Origin: Chiloscyllium plagiosum
Taxonomy: Eukaryota
DNA: 64,000 nt
NCBI RefSeq assembly: GCF_004010195.1
Contig: NC_057719.1
Coordinates: forward strand, 46,609,533 to 46,673,532
Reading direction: 5' to 3'
In this document: positions 39,009-51,424 of the stretch, one piece after another
Numbering within the stretch: position 1 is the stretch's first letter
Layout: each line of letters opens with the position of its first letter
Position numbers and translations under genes: made by a program
The notes under the pieces: model-generated
Told to the model about the DNA's origin: nothing
The model's input: only the letters and a program-made list of their open reading frames with translations
Database searches by the model: none

Positions 39009-39099
39009 TCCTTCCACCACCTCCTCCCACCAATCCATCTCCCCACCCACCCCAAGCGCGGGGATGGAGGCCTAGTCTTTCATTTATAGCTTCTCTTGC

Positions 39100-40800
39100 G
39101 ACATTTACACCCGGGGACTGGGATTTTTTCTGATTTGGACTCAGACACTGGCAATGTGTATTGGACTGTGGCTTGCATCTTGCGTCTGGAGGGTCTCAGA
39201 AAGTCTCCTCCTCTTCTTCTGGCAGTAATGGTTTTGAGGCTCCATCCATTTTGGACTCTGAGATTTCCTCGACACTAGACAGAGGGTGAGAATCTATGGT
39301 TTCTGCCAGGCCATCTGGCTGCTCTGAGAGACCAAGTATGTTTTGCTCCTGTCTTATTTGCCTGGTAACAGCTTTCAGGTGATCCACGTGTTTGCTCAGG
39401 ACTGTATCATCTACCTGAACTTTGTAAGTCATGGGATTTAACCTCGTCTTGTACCCATACAGGACCATTTCTATGGTTCCAACACCAATCTTTATCCCCT
39501 TTATTAAATTGTCTCTCCCATGTAGAGGAGGCATTTGGCTGGCACTGCTGTTCCTGCTGCCATTTCACCCTGCTCCCTCCTCCTCTAGGTCTGGGAAGAT
39601 CAGGTTTAACATGATGTGGAGTTTTCTCCCCATCAGTAACTCTGCTGGAGCTATCCCTTTAGTCACATGTGGGGTGGACCTATAATTGAACAGGAACCAG
39701 GACAGTTTGGTCTGAATTGACACTGTCGGCTGATACTTTAAGCCTGCCTCTTTCCGCTAGACCATTGAATGATGGATGGTATGGAACTGTCCAAACATTC
39801 CAAATGTCATTGGACTTTAGGAAATACTTGCATTCCCTGCTGGTAAATGACGTCCCATTTTCCGTGACCAATACCTCTGAGAGTTCGTGCATCATGAATG
39901 ATGCTCGCAGTTTCTCAATCGTTATCCCTGAGTTTCCTGAATGAACTTTATGCACATCCAACCACTTTGAATGAACAGGAACATTAAGCCCATGAAAGGA
40001 CTGGCACAATCAACATGCACTCCAGGGTTTACCCACAAATGTGTGATGCTGCTGGTAGCAACTTATGTCCTTATTGGCGCTCTGGGCACTGTTCCACCAA
40101 CACAGCCATGTCAGCATCCAACCCTGGCCACCAGACATAATTTCTTGCCAACATCTTCATCTTGGAAACCCATGGATGACCCTGGTAGAGTTCAGCCAAT
40201 ACCTGGCGGTGACCTTTATTTGGGACAACACCCCCCCCAACCTTGCTCCCCCCCCCCGCCTTGCTCCCTACAGTAATATGCAGTCCTTTACAGTGCACTG
40301 GTCTCACTAGGTCCTGAAAGGTTTAAATCGGGTTACAGTGGCCCTTCTGTTTGCCTCATTACCACCAACTGTTTTAGTTTTGGTGGATTCGACCAGAAGG
40401 TCTTGACAGCACCATCTTGTCTTCCTTCAGTAGCTCTAGAAGGGTGATATGATCTGTTCCCTTGATGGATTCCTGCCAATAACAGTACTGGTGAAACTTC
40501 CTCACACCAAGGGCGACTGCTAAGACTTCCTTCTCTACCTGGATATACTTGTGTTCGACATTAATCAAAGTCCAGGAAGCATACATTATCGGGCATTCCT
40601 CTCCATTGGGCCACCGGTGAGCCAACATAACCTTGATACATGCTGGGAGGCATTGCATGTCAGCACTACTTCTCACTTCGGGTCATAGTGGGCCAACACC
40701 TGAGATGATGACAGCTGTTTTCTCATTTCCCAAAAGGCTGCTTCCTGGCTACACGACCATTTCCAAGGCTAATCCTTTTTCAATAGCAGGGTAAGGGTAA
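39100..40800 (-). mobile_element. Gypsy pol relic (RNase H then integrase)
   Basis: PIMYASWTL..HKYIQVEKEVLAVALGVRKFHQY..TDH (RNase H); GHPWVSKMKMLARNYVWWPGLD (integrase zinc region); HSKWLDV..VTENGTSFTS..PYHPSFNGLAER (integrase core). Confidence 0.9.
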
Positions 40801-40985
40801 GAAGGCCAGGTTGTGTAATGAGAGCAAAATCTTGGAACTCACTCCCTAATAGCATTGGCACCAAATAAGTAGCGTGTCATAAGATTCTTAGAGGGTGCCA
40901 CCTGTTGGATGCCAATGGGGAGCAAGTGGCCTGGGTCTACGTGTCATGCCGTAAGATGTTTGTGCCCAGTGCCCAATATGGAGGT

Positions 40986-41765
40986 TTGATTTGATTTGAT
41001 TTATTGTAGTCATGTGTACCTAGGTACAGTGAAAAGCTTTGTTTGTGAGCAGTACAGGCAGACCAGAGTAAGCAAGGACATAGAGATCACAGGATGCTGA
41101 GACAGAGTGAGGCATACAGGTTTCATGACACAGAACACGCATGAGGCAAGAACAGCATTAACAAGATCAACATCATTTGGAGGTAGAGAGTCTATTTGCC
41201 AGTCTAACAACAGCAGCGAAGAAGTTGTTCTTGAACGTGTTGATGTGTGTTCAACCTTCTGTATTTTCTGCCTGATGGAAGAGGATGTTCCTGCAGCAAT
41301 GAGAGGTGTAAATGGAGTCCATGGGTAGGAGGTTGGTTTCCATAATGGATTAGGCTGTGCACACCTTCTTCTATAGTTTCTTACGGTCCTGGGCACAGCA
41401 GTTACCATACTAGGCTGTTATGTACCCAATCAGTATGGTGCACCTGTAAAGGTTGGTAAGGGTCCTTATGGATATGCCAAACTTCCTAAGCTGCCTGAGG
41501 AAGAAGAGAAATCAAAAAGTGTGGTGCTGGAAAAGCACAGTAGGTCAGGCAGCATCCGAAGAGCAAGAGAGTCGACGTATCGGGCATAAGCTCTTCATTT
41601 ACCTTATGTCTGAAACATTGCCTCTCCTGCTCCTTGGAGGCTGCCTGACCTGCTGTGCTTTTCAAGCACACACTTTTCGACTCTGACTTTCCTGCATCTG
41701 CAGTCCTCACTTTCTCCTAGTTGAAGAAGAAGAGGTATCATTGTGGCTTCTTGACCATTGCATCT
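40986..41765 (-). mobile_element. Rex1/Babar-like LINE 3' part
   Basis: Reverse-complement similarity to 16620-17212, with a (TCAAA)n tail. Confidence 0.85.
41509..41721. mobile_element. Penelope-derived head-to-head hairpin insert (family 1) with 13-bp TSD
   Basis: Inverted arms (GCTGGAAAAGCACAG..CAGGCAGCATCC / GGCTGCCTGACCTGCTGTGCTTTTC). TSD TGAGGAAGAAGAG (41496-41508) / TGAAGAAGAAGAG (41722-41734). Confidence 0.75.
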
Positions 41766-42208
41766 AGGGAGAGGCTGAACAGGCTGGGGCTGTTTCCCTG
41801 GAGTGTCGGAGGCTGAGGGGTGACCTTATAGAGGTTTACAAAATTATGAGGGGCGTGGATAGGATAAATGAACAAAGTCTTTTCCCTGAGGTCGGGGAGT
41901 CCAGAACTAGAGGGAATAGGTTTAGGGTGAGAGGGGAAAGATATAAAAGAGACCGAAGGGGCAACTTTTTCATGCAGAGGGTGGTACGTGTATGGAATGA
42001 GCTACCAGAGGATGTGGTGGAGGCTGGTACAATTGCAACATTTAAGAGGCATTTGGATGGGTATATGAATAGGAAGGGTTTGGAGGGATATGTGCCGGGG
42101 GCTGGCAGGTGGGATTAGATTGGGTTGGGATATCTGGTCAGCATGGATGGGTTGGACCGAAGGGTCTGTTTCCATGCTGTACATCTCTATGACTCTATGA
42201 CTCTATGA
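41766..42208 (+). mobile_element. CR1 3' end with (CTATGACT)n tail
   Basis: ORF 41846..42118 has SRTRGNRFRVRG..FFMQRVVRVWNELP. Confidence 0.92.
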
Positions 42209-42269
42209 CAAGTTGTCAGTTATCATCATTCCTAGGAACCTGATGCTCTCAACCCTCTCAACCTCCACT

Positions 42270-43190
42270 CTGTGATGCTAATCAAGTGGACTGCATTTCC
42301 CTGGGTGCTGTCAAGCTTCTTGAATGTTGCTGGAGCTGCACCTATCCAGGCAAGTGGTGAGTATTCCATCACAATTCCAACTGGTGCTTGTAGATGGGAG
42401 ACAGGCTGTGGGGAATCAGAAGGTGAGTTATTCACTACAAGATTCCTGAACTCTGACCTGCTCTTGTCACCACAGTACTGACATGACGAGAGTTTCTGGT
42501 CAATGGTAAGACTCCAGATAATGGGAGATTCCATTACACCATTGAATATCAAGGAGCAATAGTTAGATTGTCTTTTATTGGAGATGCTCATTTACTAGTA
42601 CTTCTGTAGTGCATATTTGGACATGTACTGCTTCAGTATCTGAGGAGTCATGATTAATACTGAACATTGTGCAATCATCAGCAAACATCCTTGTTGAAAC
42701 AACTAAAGATGGTTGGGCTCAGGACACTACCCTGAGGAACACCTCCAGAGAGGTCCTGGAACTGGGATGACTGACCTCCAACAACCACAACCATCTTTCT
42801 ATGTGCCAGGTATGAGTCCAAACAGCAGAGATTTCCCCCTGATTCCCATTGACTCCAATTAAGTCCTAGAATTCCTTGATGCTACACTTGGTCAAATGCA
42901 GCTTTGATGTCAGGTGCTGTCACTCTCACCTCACCTCTGGAATTCAGCTCTTTTGACCATGCTTAGATCATGACCATAATGAGGATAGGAGCTGAGTGGT
43001 CCTCCCAGAACCCAAACTGGGTGTCAGTGAGTTGGTTATCACTGACAAAGGGTTACTCCATGGTAATGTTAATTAAATCTTCCATCCTTCCAATCATAAT
43101 TGAGAGTAGACTGATGGGTGGTAATTGAAGTGATTGGATTTATTCTGTTTTTCTGTGCTTAGGAAATACCAGGGCAATTTTCCACAGAAA
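42270..43190 (-). mobile_element. RT fragment of the second CR1/L2-group LINE family
   Basis: Minus strand reads VMEYSPLAWIGAAPATFKKLDSTQ and [21 protein letters not shown]-like motifs. Confidence 0.75.
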
Positions 43191-43779
43191 TATAAAAGAA
43201 AAGTAGACACTATGCTAGAGAGGAAGAAATGAGGAATGTCTTCAGAACGTCACAGAAATACATTTAAGGAGGATCCTATTGGAGGATGGAAGTGGATGAA
43301 CTTAGGGACAAAATTCCAGAGGTTGAGTGAATGAGTGAGTGAGTGATTGCGTGTGTGTGTGTGGGAGGGGCTCAACTGTAGCAAAAGTAGGCAAGATGCA
43401 AAAAAGGCACAAGTTAAATTGGTGGTTTGAAGGGGTTGGACATGATGGTAGGACTGGTAAGATTACAGAGTATGGGTGGTTTGAGGTCAGAATATACTTA
43501 AGCTTAATTTTTAATTTTGAAACATCAAGCGATTGAAAACCAACCTAAGCAGTATGAATATGAGAGATAAGTAGCCAAGGCTAGGATAAAAGGCACTCAA
43601 AATATGAATGTTAAGTATTTCTGACTCAAATCAATAAAATTTTCTTTCCTACCTTTTAAATTATCAACTTTATTTTCCCAATTATTTCTCACCACTATTA
43701 CTGTATTCCTGTTCTTATATTCAAACATGAAAATACCTGATAGTATGTATGCTTTGGTGATGGTCAGCTGTCCACCCTT

Positions 43780-44280
43780 TCAGGAACAAGAGGAGACCAT
43801 TCAGCCCATTGAGCCTAATCCAACATTCAACTAGATCCTGACTGATCATCTACCTCAATGCTGCTTTCCTGTATTGCCTCCATATTCTTTAACGTCATTA
43901 CTGTTCAGAAAGCCATTGATTTCTGTTTTGAACATGATCCCATCTAAGATTGAGAATTCCAAATATACACTACCTGCTAAATGAAGAAATTCCTCCTCAT
44001 CTTCATCATCTTAAATCCCTCCTCAACATCATCTTAAATGGTCTATCCCTTATCTTCTGATTATGTCTCTCAGTTTTAAACTCATCGGTTCGAGGAAACA
44101 TTTTACCGACATCCACTCTGCCTTGCAATGTAAAGTTTGATGTTTCCCTGAAGTCATCCCTCATTTTTCAATCTCACATCATAAGACAATCCTGCTAACA
44201 TAGGTGCTAATCACGTTGCACTGTCTCTATAGCACATATACCCCTCCTTGGAAAAGGGGGAACCAAACTATACACAATAA
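43780..44280 (-). mobile_element. Degenerate CR1 3' end
   Basis: Reverse complement of a CR1 3' UTR (GGCTCAATGGGCTGAATGGTCTCCTCTTGTTCC) and a decayed ORF2 end. Confidence 0.6.
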
Positions 44281-44825
44281 GAGGATTCTGGGAAATCCAA
44301 GATGGAGGATAGGAAAAGTTGTGACTGCAAGAACTGCTCCTTTTTTTCAGGTATTTTCAGTGTTGGAGCTGATTTCCTCGAATTCTAGGAGCAGTAATTA
44401 CTGTTTTATAAGCTGTTGCATTGTTTTGGAACTTCGGGGAAAAAAAATCAAAACAACGGCACTTTAAAAAGGAGGAAGTCAAATAAAGGCAGTGGCCACA
44501 TAGGATGAGAATAAATCTGCACTGCTGTCTGCTCCAGCAGTGAATCTGCACAGCTAACTGTTCTGATGTTTGATTTCAAGTATCTCTGGATATAGGAGCT
44601 CTTCTAAGAAAAATTAATAAGCAGTGAAATTCAGGGCTGACCTTGGAGAAACCTATGTGAGAGAGCTAACTGCAGGGGAGCAGCTAAGTGTTTTTTTTAA
44701 AAAGTGTAACCTTACTGTTCTTTTTTTGTAAATTTACAAAGTGAGTAGAGTGGGTTCCTTTTTGATTACATGTTTAATCGAGATCTGTCTCTTGAGTAAG
44801 CTTTAAAAATAGAGGTACTAAGTTT

Positions 44826-45127
44826 TTAGATTACATTAGATTCCCTACAATGTGGAAACAGGCCCTTTGGCCCCACAAGTCCACACCGACCCTCCAAAGA
44901 GTAACCCCAGTCCCATTTCCCTCTAACACTACGGACAATTTAGCATGGCCAATTCACCTGGCCTGCACATCTTTGGACTGTGGGAGGAAACCAGAGCACC
45001 CGGAGGAAACCCACGCAGACACGGGGAGAATGTGCAAACTCCACACAGACAGTCGCCCGAGACTGGAATCAAACCTGGGACGCAAGTGCTGTGAGGCAGC
45101 AGTGCTAACCACTGAGCCACCATGCCA
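44826..45127 (-). mobile_element. HE1-type V-SINE
   Basis: Reverse complement of the 27792-28120 family. Confidence 0.9.
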
Positions 45128-46115
45128 CTCTGGAGCAGTGCTGTTTTCTGGGTCTGTAGGTTGTGAGTAATGTGCTCTTCCTGTTGGATGTGGAAGATTA
45201 GGGAGAGTTTCCATGTTATTGATGATTACTCGGCAGGAAATGTGTTTGGTTGTAACTCCTATCGATTGGATGGGTTACCTCCAGGAAAGTGCGAGATGGA
45301 CATAAGTACCGCAGGGGTTTCCTGTGGCTATCCCCATATCAAACAAGTATGTTCTTTTGGAAAATGTAGGGGATGATGGACTCACAGGAAAATGTAGCAC
45401 TGATGGCCTGGTTTCTGGTACTGAAACTGCTCTAATATAGGGAGGAGTACATCAGGTTCCAAGTATTAGATTGTGATAGGGGACTCTCTAGTGAGAGGCA
45501 CAGACAGATGTTTCTGTGACCAATAGTGAAACATCAGAAAGGTGTGGTGCCAAGATCAATGATATCTCAGAGAGGGTGCAGAATGTTCTCAGCAGGAGGT
45601 TGTTGTACACATTGGAACTAATGACATAGGAGGAGAAAAGGATGAGATTCTAAAGGGAGAATACAGAAAGTTAGGCAGGAATTTTAAAAGGAGGTCGTTG
45701 AGGGTAGGAATATCTGGATTACTCCCAGTGCCACCAGCTAGTGAGCGTAGGAATAGGAGGATAGAGCAGATGAATGTGTGGCTGAGGAGCTGGTGCAGGG
45801 AATAAGGATTATGGGATCTCTTCTGGGGTAGATGTGACATGTATAAGAAGGATGGATTGGACCTGAATTGGAAGGTGACTAATATACTGATGGGGAGATT
45901 TGCTCGAGCTACTCAGGACGGTTTAACTGATAAGGGAGGGGGTGGGGATAGATGATGAGGAAAGAGATCAGTCTGAGACTGGTACAGTCAGGGCAGACAG
46001 AGACAAAGCAGAGAATGAGGTAGGACTGATAAATTAAAGTGCGTTTATTTCAATGCAAGAGGCCTAACAGGTAAAGCAGATGAACTGGGGGAATGGTTGA
46101 GAACATGAGACTGTG

Positions 46116-46425
46116 ATTAGATTAGATTAGGTTCGGTTCCCTACAGTGTAGAAACAGGCCCTTTGGCCCAACAAGTCCACACCGACCCTCCGAAGTGTAA
46201 CCCACCCCCTCTGACTAACACACCTAACACTATGGACAATTTAGCATGGCAAATTCATCTGACCTGCACAACTTTGGATTATGGGAGGAAACCAGAGCAC
46301 TCGGAGGAAACCCACGCAGACACGGGGAGAAAGTGCAAACTCCACACAGCCAGTCCCTCAAGGCTGGAATTGAACCTGGGACCCTGGTGCTGTGAGGCAG
46401 CAGTGCTAACCACTGAGCCACCATG
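46116..46425 (-). mobile_element. HE1-type V-SINE inserted in the CR1 endonuclease domain
   Basis: Same family; flanked by TGTGAT on both sides; CR1 reading resumes at ITAITETWL. Confidence 0.9.
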
Positions 46426-49329
46426 TGATATCACAGCAATTACAGAAACGTGGCTCAGATGGACAGTACTGGCAGCTTAATGTTTCAAGGTATAGATGCT
46501 AAAGGAAGAATAGAAAAAGGGGCAAGAGAGGAAGGGCAGTGGTGTTTTTGATTAGGGTTAACCTTACGGTTATACTTTGGATATTCCTGGGAATACGACC
46601 AGGAAAGTAATTTGGGAGGAACTGAAAATAAAAAGGGATGGTCACCTTATTGGGATTTTACTATAGACACCCCAATAAGTCAGTTGGAAGCTGAGAAACA
46701 AATTATAAGGACATCTCAGTTATCTGTAAGAATAATAGGGTGGTTAAGGTAGGGGATTTTAACTTTCCAAACATGGACTGGGATTGCCACAGTGTTAAAG
46801 GTTTAGATGGAGAGGAATTTCTTCAGTGTGTACAAGAAAGCTTTCTGATTCAGTATGTGAATGTACCTACTCAGGAAGGTGCAAAACCTGACCTACTCTT
46901 GGGAAATAAGGCAGGGCAGGTGACTGAGGTGTCAGTGGGAGAGCACCTTGGGGCCAGCGACCATAATTCTATTAGTTTTAAAATAGTGATGGGAAAGGAT
47001 AGACCAGATCTAAAAGTTGAAGTTCTAAATTGGAGGAAGGCCAAGAACTTTCAGAAGTTGATTGGGTGCAGATGTTCGCAGGTAAAGGGATGGTTGGAAA
47101 ATGAGAAGCCTTCATAAATGAGAGAACGAGAGCCCAGAAATAGTATGTTCTTGTTAGGGTGAAGGGAATGATAGGTGCAGGGAATGCTGGATGATGATAG
47201 AAATTGAGGTTTTGGTCAAGAAAAAGAAGGAAGCATATGTCAGGTATAGAGAGCAGAGAGTGAGTGAAGCCTTAGAAGGGTATAAAGGCAGTAGGAGTAT
47301 ACTTAAGAAGGAAATCAGGAAGGCAAAAAGGGGACATGAGATAGCTTTGGCAAGTAGGGTTACAGAGAATCCAAAGGCATTCTACAAATACATTAATCAG
47401 GGAGAGAATAGGGTCCCTTAAAGTTCAGTAAGGCAGCCTTTGTGGAACCACAGGAAATGGGGGGGATACTAAATGAGTATTTTGCATCAGTGTTTATTGT
47501 CAAAGAGGATATGGAAGATATAGAATGTAGGGAAATAAATGGCGACATCTTGAAAACTGTTGATGTTACAGAGGCGGAGATGCCGGACAGCTTAAAACGC
47601 ATAAAGGTGGATAAAGTCCCAGGACCTGATCAGGTGTACCCGAGAACTCTGTGGGAAACTAGGGGAGTGATTGCTGGGCCCCTTGCTAAGATATTTGTGT
47701 CATCAATAGCCACAGGTGAGGTGCCAGAACACTGGAGTTTGGCTAATGTGTTGCCAATATTTAGGAAAGGTGATAAGGAAAAGCCAGGGAACTGTAGACC
47801 ATGGAGCCTGACATTGGTGGGTGGATAATTTGTTGGAGGGAATCCTGAGGGACAGGATTTACATGTATTTGGAAAGGCAAGGACTGATTAGGGATAGTCA
47901 GCATGGCGTTATGCATGGGAAATCATGTCTGACTATCTTAAGTGATTTTTCTGAAGAAGTAACACAGAGGATTGATGAGGGCAGAGCAGTGGATGTGATC
48001 TATGTGGACTTTAGTAGGGTGTTCAACACGGTTCCTCATGGGAGACTGGTTACCAAGATTGGATCACATGGAATTCAGAACTAGCCATTTGGATACAGAA
48101 CTGGCTCAAAGGTAGAAGACAGAGGGTGGTGGAGGAGGGTTGTTTTTCAGACTGGAGGCCTGTGACCAGTGGAGTGCCACAAGGATCAGTGCTGGGTCCA
48201 CTACTTTTTATCATTTATATAAATGATTTGGACGTAAACATAGGAGGTATAGTTAGTAAGTTTGCAGATGACAATAAAATTAAGAGATGTAGTGGACAGT
48301 AAAGAAGGTTATCTTGAAGTACAATGGGATCTTGATCAGATGAGCCAATGGGCTGAGGGGTGGCAGGTGAAGTCTAATTTAGATAAATGTGTAGTGCTTT
48401 ATTTTGGAAAGGCAAATCAGGGCAAGACTTAGACACTTAATGGTAAGGGCCTGGAGAGTGTTGCTGAACAAAGAGACCTTAGATTGCAGGTTCATTGTTC
48501 TTTGAAAGTGGAGTCGAAGGTAGATGGGATAGTGTTGAAGACGGTGCTCAGTATGCTTTTCTCTCTTGGTAACTGCATTGAGTATCGGAGTTGGGAGTTT
48601 GTGTTGTGGCTGTACAGGACATTGGTTAGGCCACTGTTGGAACTGCATGCAATTCTGGTCTTCCTGTTATAGGAAGGATGTTGTGAAACTTGAAAGGGTT
48701 CAGAAAAGATTTACAAGGATGTTGCCAGGGTTGGAGAGTTTGAGCTACAGAGAGAGACTGAATAGGCTGGGGGTATTTTCCCTGGAGTGTCAGAGGTTGA
48801 GAGATGACCTTATAGAGGTTTATCAAATCAGGAGGGGCATGGACAGAGTAAATAGATAAGGTCTTTTCCCCGGGGTGGGGGAGTCCAAAACTAGAGGCCG
48901 TAGATTTAAGGTGAGAGAGTAAAGATTTAAAATGGACCCAAGAGGCAACATTTTCATGAAGAAGGTGGTGAGTGTATGGAATGAGCTGCCAGAGGAAGTG
49001 GTGAAAGCAGGTACAATTACAAGATTTAAAAGGCATCTGGATGGTTATATGAATAGAAAACGTTTAGATGGATATGGGCCAATTGCTGACAAATGGGACT
49101 AAATTTATTTCGGATATCTGGTCAGCATGAACGAGTTGGACCGAAGGGTCTGTTCTCATGCTGTACAACTCTATGACTCCAATTGAGATTGTACTCATGC
49201 TCTATACAAGGCATTAAGACATGTTTTCACCTGTACTCAAATCTCCTTATAATGAAGGCTAGTTAATCACTTGTCTTCCTAATTGCTTGCTGCACTTGAA
49301 TTATAACGTTGAATGATTCATGGGGAGAA

Positions 49330-49638
49330 AATGGCCTGGTGTTGTTATCGCTGAGCTGTTCATCCAGAGACCTAGGTAATGTTCTGGGGTCCTGGGTTTA
49401 AAGATGGCAGATAGTGGAATTTGAATTTGATTTTAAAAAGTCTGGAATTAAGAGTTTAATGATAACTATGAATCCATAGTCACTTGTTGAGAAAACCATC
49501 TGGTTCCCCCTTAGGGAAGAATACTGCTGGTCTAGCCTAATGTGACTCCAGGCTCACAACAATGTGGTTGACTCTGAGGGATGGGCAATAAATGTTGGCC
49601 TAGCCAGTGATGCCCTGATCACATGGATGATTGAAAAA
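49330..49638 (+). mobile_element. SINE sharing its 3' tail with the LINE at 33520-33830
   Basis: Non-coding body ending GGGATGGGCAATAAATGTTGGCCTAGCCAGTGATGCC. Confidence 0.65.
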
Positions 49639-49941
49639 GATGAACCAGGACACTCAAATCCCTTTGGACAACCAAATTTTTCTGACAGAGATTTATGCGA
49701 TATTGCTCCCATAATTGATATCTAGATCTCAGAAAGACAGGAGGTTGGAATGAACATTTGCAGAAAAAAATATGAAGAAGGTCAAAAGAGAGAAGGAGGC
49801 ATAGAGAAAATATGCGAGGAAGTGAAATAACAAGATGTTGTAAAATCTATCAGGAATAGTACGATGATAGTAAAGAATGAATTAGATCAAGTACATTATG
49901 TCCTCTCCAATCCTGAAATCAGAATTTCAGAAACACCAACT

Positions 49942-50148
49942 GGATGTAGGTTTGCTCACTGAGCTGGAAGGTTCATTTTCAGACATTTTGTCACCATACT
50001 AGGTAACATTTTCTCTAGGCCTCCAGACGAAGGCTCACTGACGACGTTACCTAGTATGGTGATGGAATGTCTGAAAATGAACCTTCCAGCTCAGTGAGCA
50101 AACCTACATCCAGAACCTCAACCTGAGCTACAAATCTTCTCAAAACTC
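49942..50148. mobile_element. Penelope-derived hairpin insert (family 2) with 11-bp TSD
   Basis: ~68-bp inverted arms (49940-50007 / 50046-50113). TSD AAACACCAACT (49931-49941) / AAACACTAACT (50149-50159). Same sequence as the termini of the PLE at 57416-57993. Confidence 0.8.
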
Positions 50149-50172
50149 AAACACTAACTATACAGTCATTGA

Positions 50173-50282
50173 ACCAGGACCCTCATTCCTGAAGAAGGGC
50201 TTATGCCCGAAACGTCGATTCTCCTGCTCCTCGGATGCTGCCTGGTCTGCTGTGTTTTTCCAGCACCACATTTTTTAACACA
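50173..50282 (+). mobile_element. 110-bp Penelope-derived insert (family 1) with 14-bp TSD
   Basis: TATACAGTCATTGA at 50159-50172 and 50283-50296. Confidence 0.8.
50185..50220 (+). ncRNA. Minimal type I hammerhead ribozyme motif (intact core)
   Basis: ATTC-CTGAAGA-A-GGGC-TTAT-GCCC-GAAA-CGTC-GATT: CUGANGA box, 4-bp stem II, GAAA box, palindromic ACGT mini stem III and a GUC cleavage triplet. Confidence 0.75.
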
Positions 50283-50850
50283 TATACAGTCATTGAGTCA
50301 GAGAGCAGGGAAATAGACCCTTCAGTCCGACTCGTCCATGCTAACCAAGTTTCCCAAACTAAATTAATCCTACTTGTCTGCATTTGGCCCATATCCCTCT
50401 AAACGTTCCTATTCATATACTTGTCCAAAGGTCAAGTACTTTGTAACAGTACCCGCATCAACTACTGCCTCTGGCAGTTCATTCCATTTCCCCATCACCT
50501 TCTGTGTAAAAACGTTGTCCCTCAGGTCCCATTTAAATCTTTCTCCTTTCATCTTAAAACGAGTTTTGAACTCGCTTTGCTATTCACCTTATCCGTGCCC
50601 CTCATGGTGTTATAAATGTCTATGAGGTCACCCCTCAACCTCTTCTGCTCCAGTGCAAAATGTCCCAGTTTATCCAGCCTGCCCTCATAATTCTTACCCT
50701 CCAGTCCTGATGACAACCTTGTAAATATTTTGTGCACCCTCTCCAATTTAATAATATCCTTCCTCCTCCAGGGTGACCAGAACTGTACACAGTACTCTAA
50801 AAGTGGCCTCATCAACATCCTGTACAACCTCACATGACATTCCAACTTCT
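50283..50850 (-). mobile_element. CR1 3' end
   Basis: LYRMLMRPLLEYCVQFWSP..LERVHKIFTR..RLRGDLI. Confidence 0.9.
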
Positions 50851-50961
50851 AAATTGAAAGGAAACAGTGGTTGTCCGGAATTTGTTAAGCAGACTCACTG
50901 AGTCACCAGTCTGTTGAATGGCTACTGTTTGAAGGCATTAATTCTCTTTTCACTGTCTATG

Positions 50962-51151
50962 TTAAAAATCATACAACACCAGGTTATAGTCCAACAGGTT
51001 TCTTTGGAAGTACTAGCTTTCAGAGTGTTGCTCCTTCATCGGGTAGCTCTGAAAGCTAGTACTTTCAAGTAAACCTGTTGGACTATAACCTGGTGTTGTG
51101 TGATTTTTAGCTTTGTCCACTCCAGTCCAACATGGGCATCTCCACATCTTT
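50962..51151. mobile_element. Penelope-derived hairpin insert (family 4) with ~10-bp TSD
   Basis: ~60-bp inverted arms (50964-51025 / 51047-51108). TSD ACTGTCTATG / ACTGCCTATG. The minus strand has CCGATGA-A-GGAG..CTCT-GAAA-GCTA. Confidence 0.7.
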
Positions 51152-51424
51152 ACTGCCTATGATACTCTCTGTTGGTCTCTCTGTCAATCCATTTTTTTTA
51201 TCTCTCTGCTTCTTACTGACTTTCTCTTTGTATGAGTATGCCTCTATCTCTGACTCCCCCTCCTCTCCTATCATAACAATGTTTTTTTTTTGGATTCATA
51301 AGGTTATATGTAAGTAAAGTGTACCATAATGTAAGCATGTTACTCAAAGTTATTGGAAATGTAGAAGTCATTAAGAAACTAGACAAAGCTGCTTCAGCAA
51401 TAAATTGCTGTAAGACAAGTGATG

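Larger units (their letters stand above)
44300..49180 (+). mobile_element. Near full-length CR1 LINE: ORF1 (zinc finger, GDSL/SGNH esterase), ORF2 (APE endonuclease, RT), 3' UTR; decayed, with two HE1 insertions
   Basis: ORF1: CSSCWMW..; IVIGDSLVRG; VVVHIGTND; MNVWLRSWC; YKKDG. ORF2: [39 protein letters not shown]. Tail CTCTATGACT. The 5' boundary is uncertain. Confidence 0.9.
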
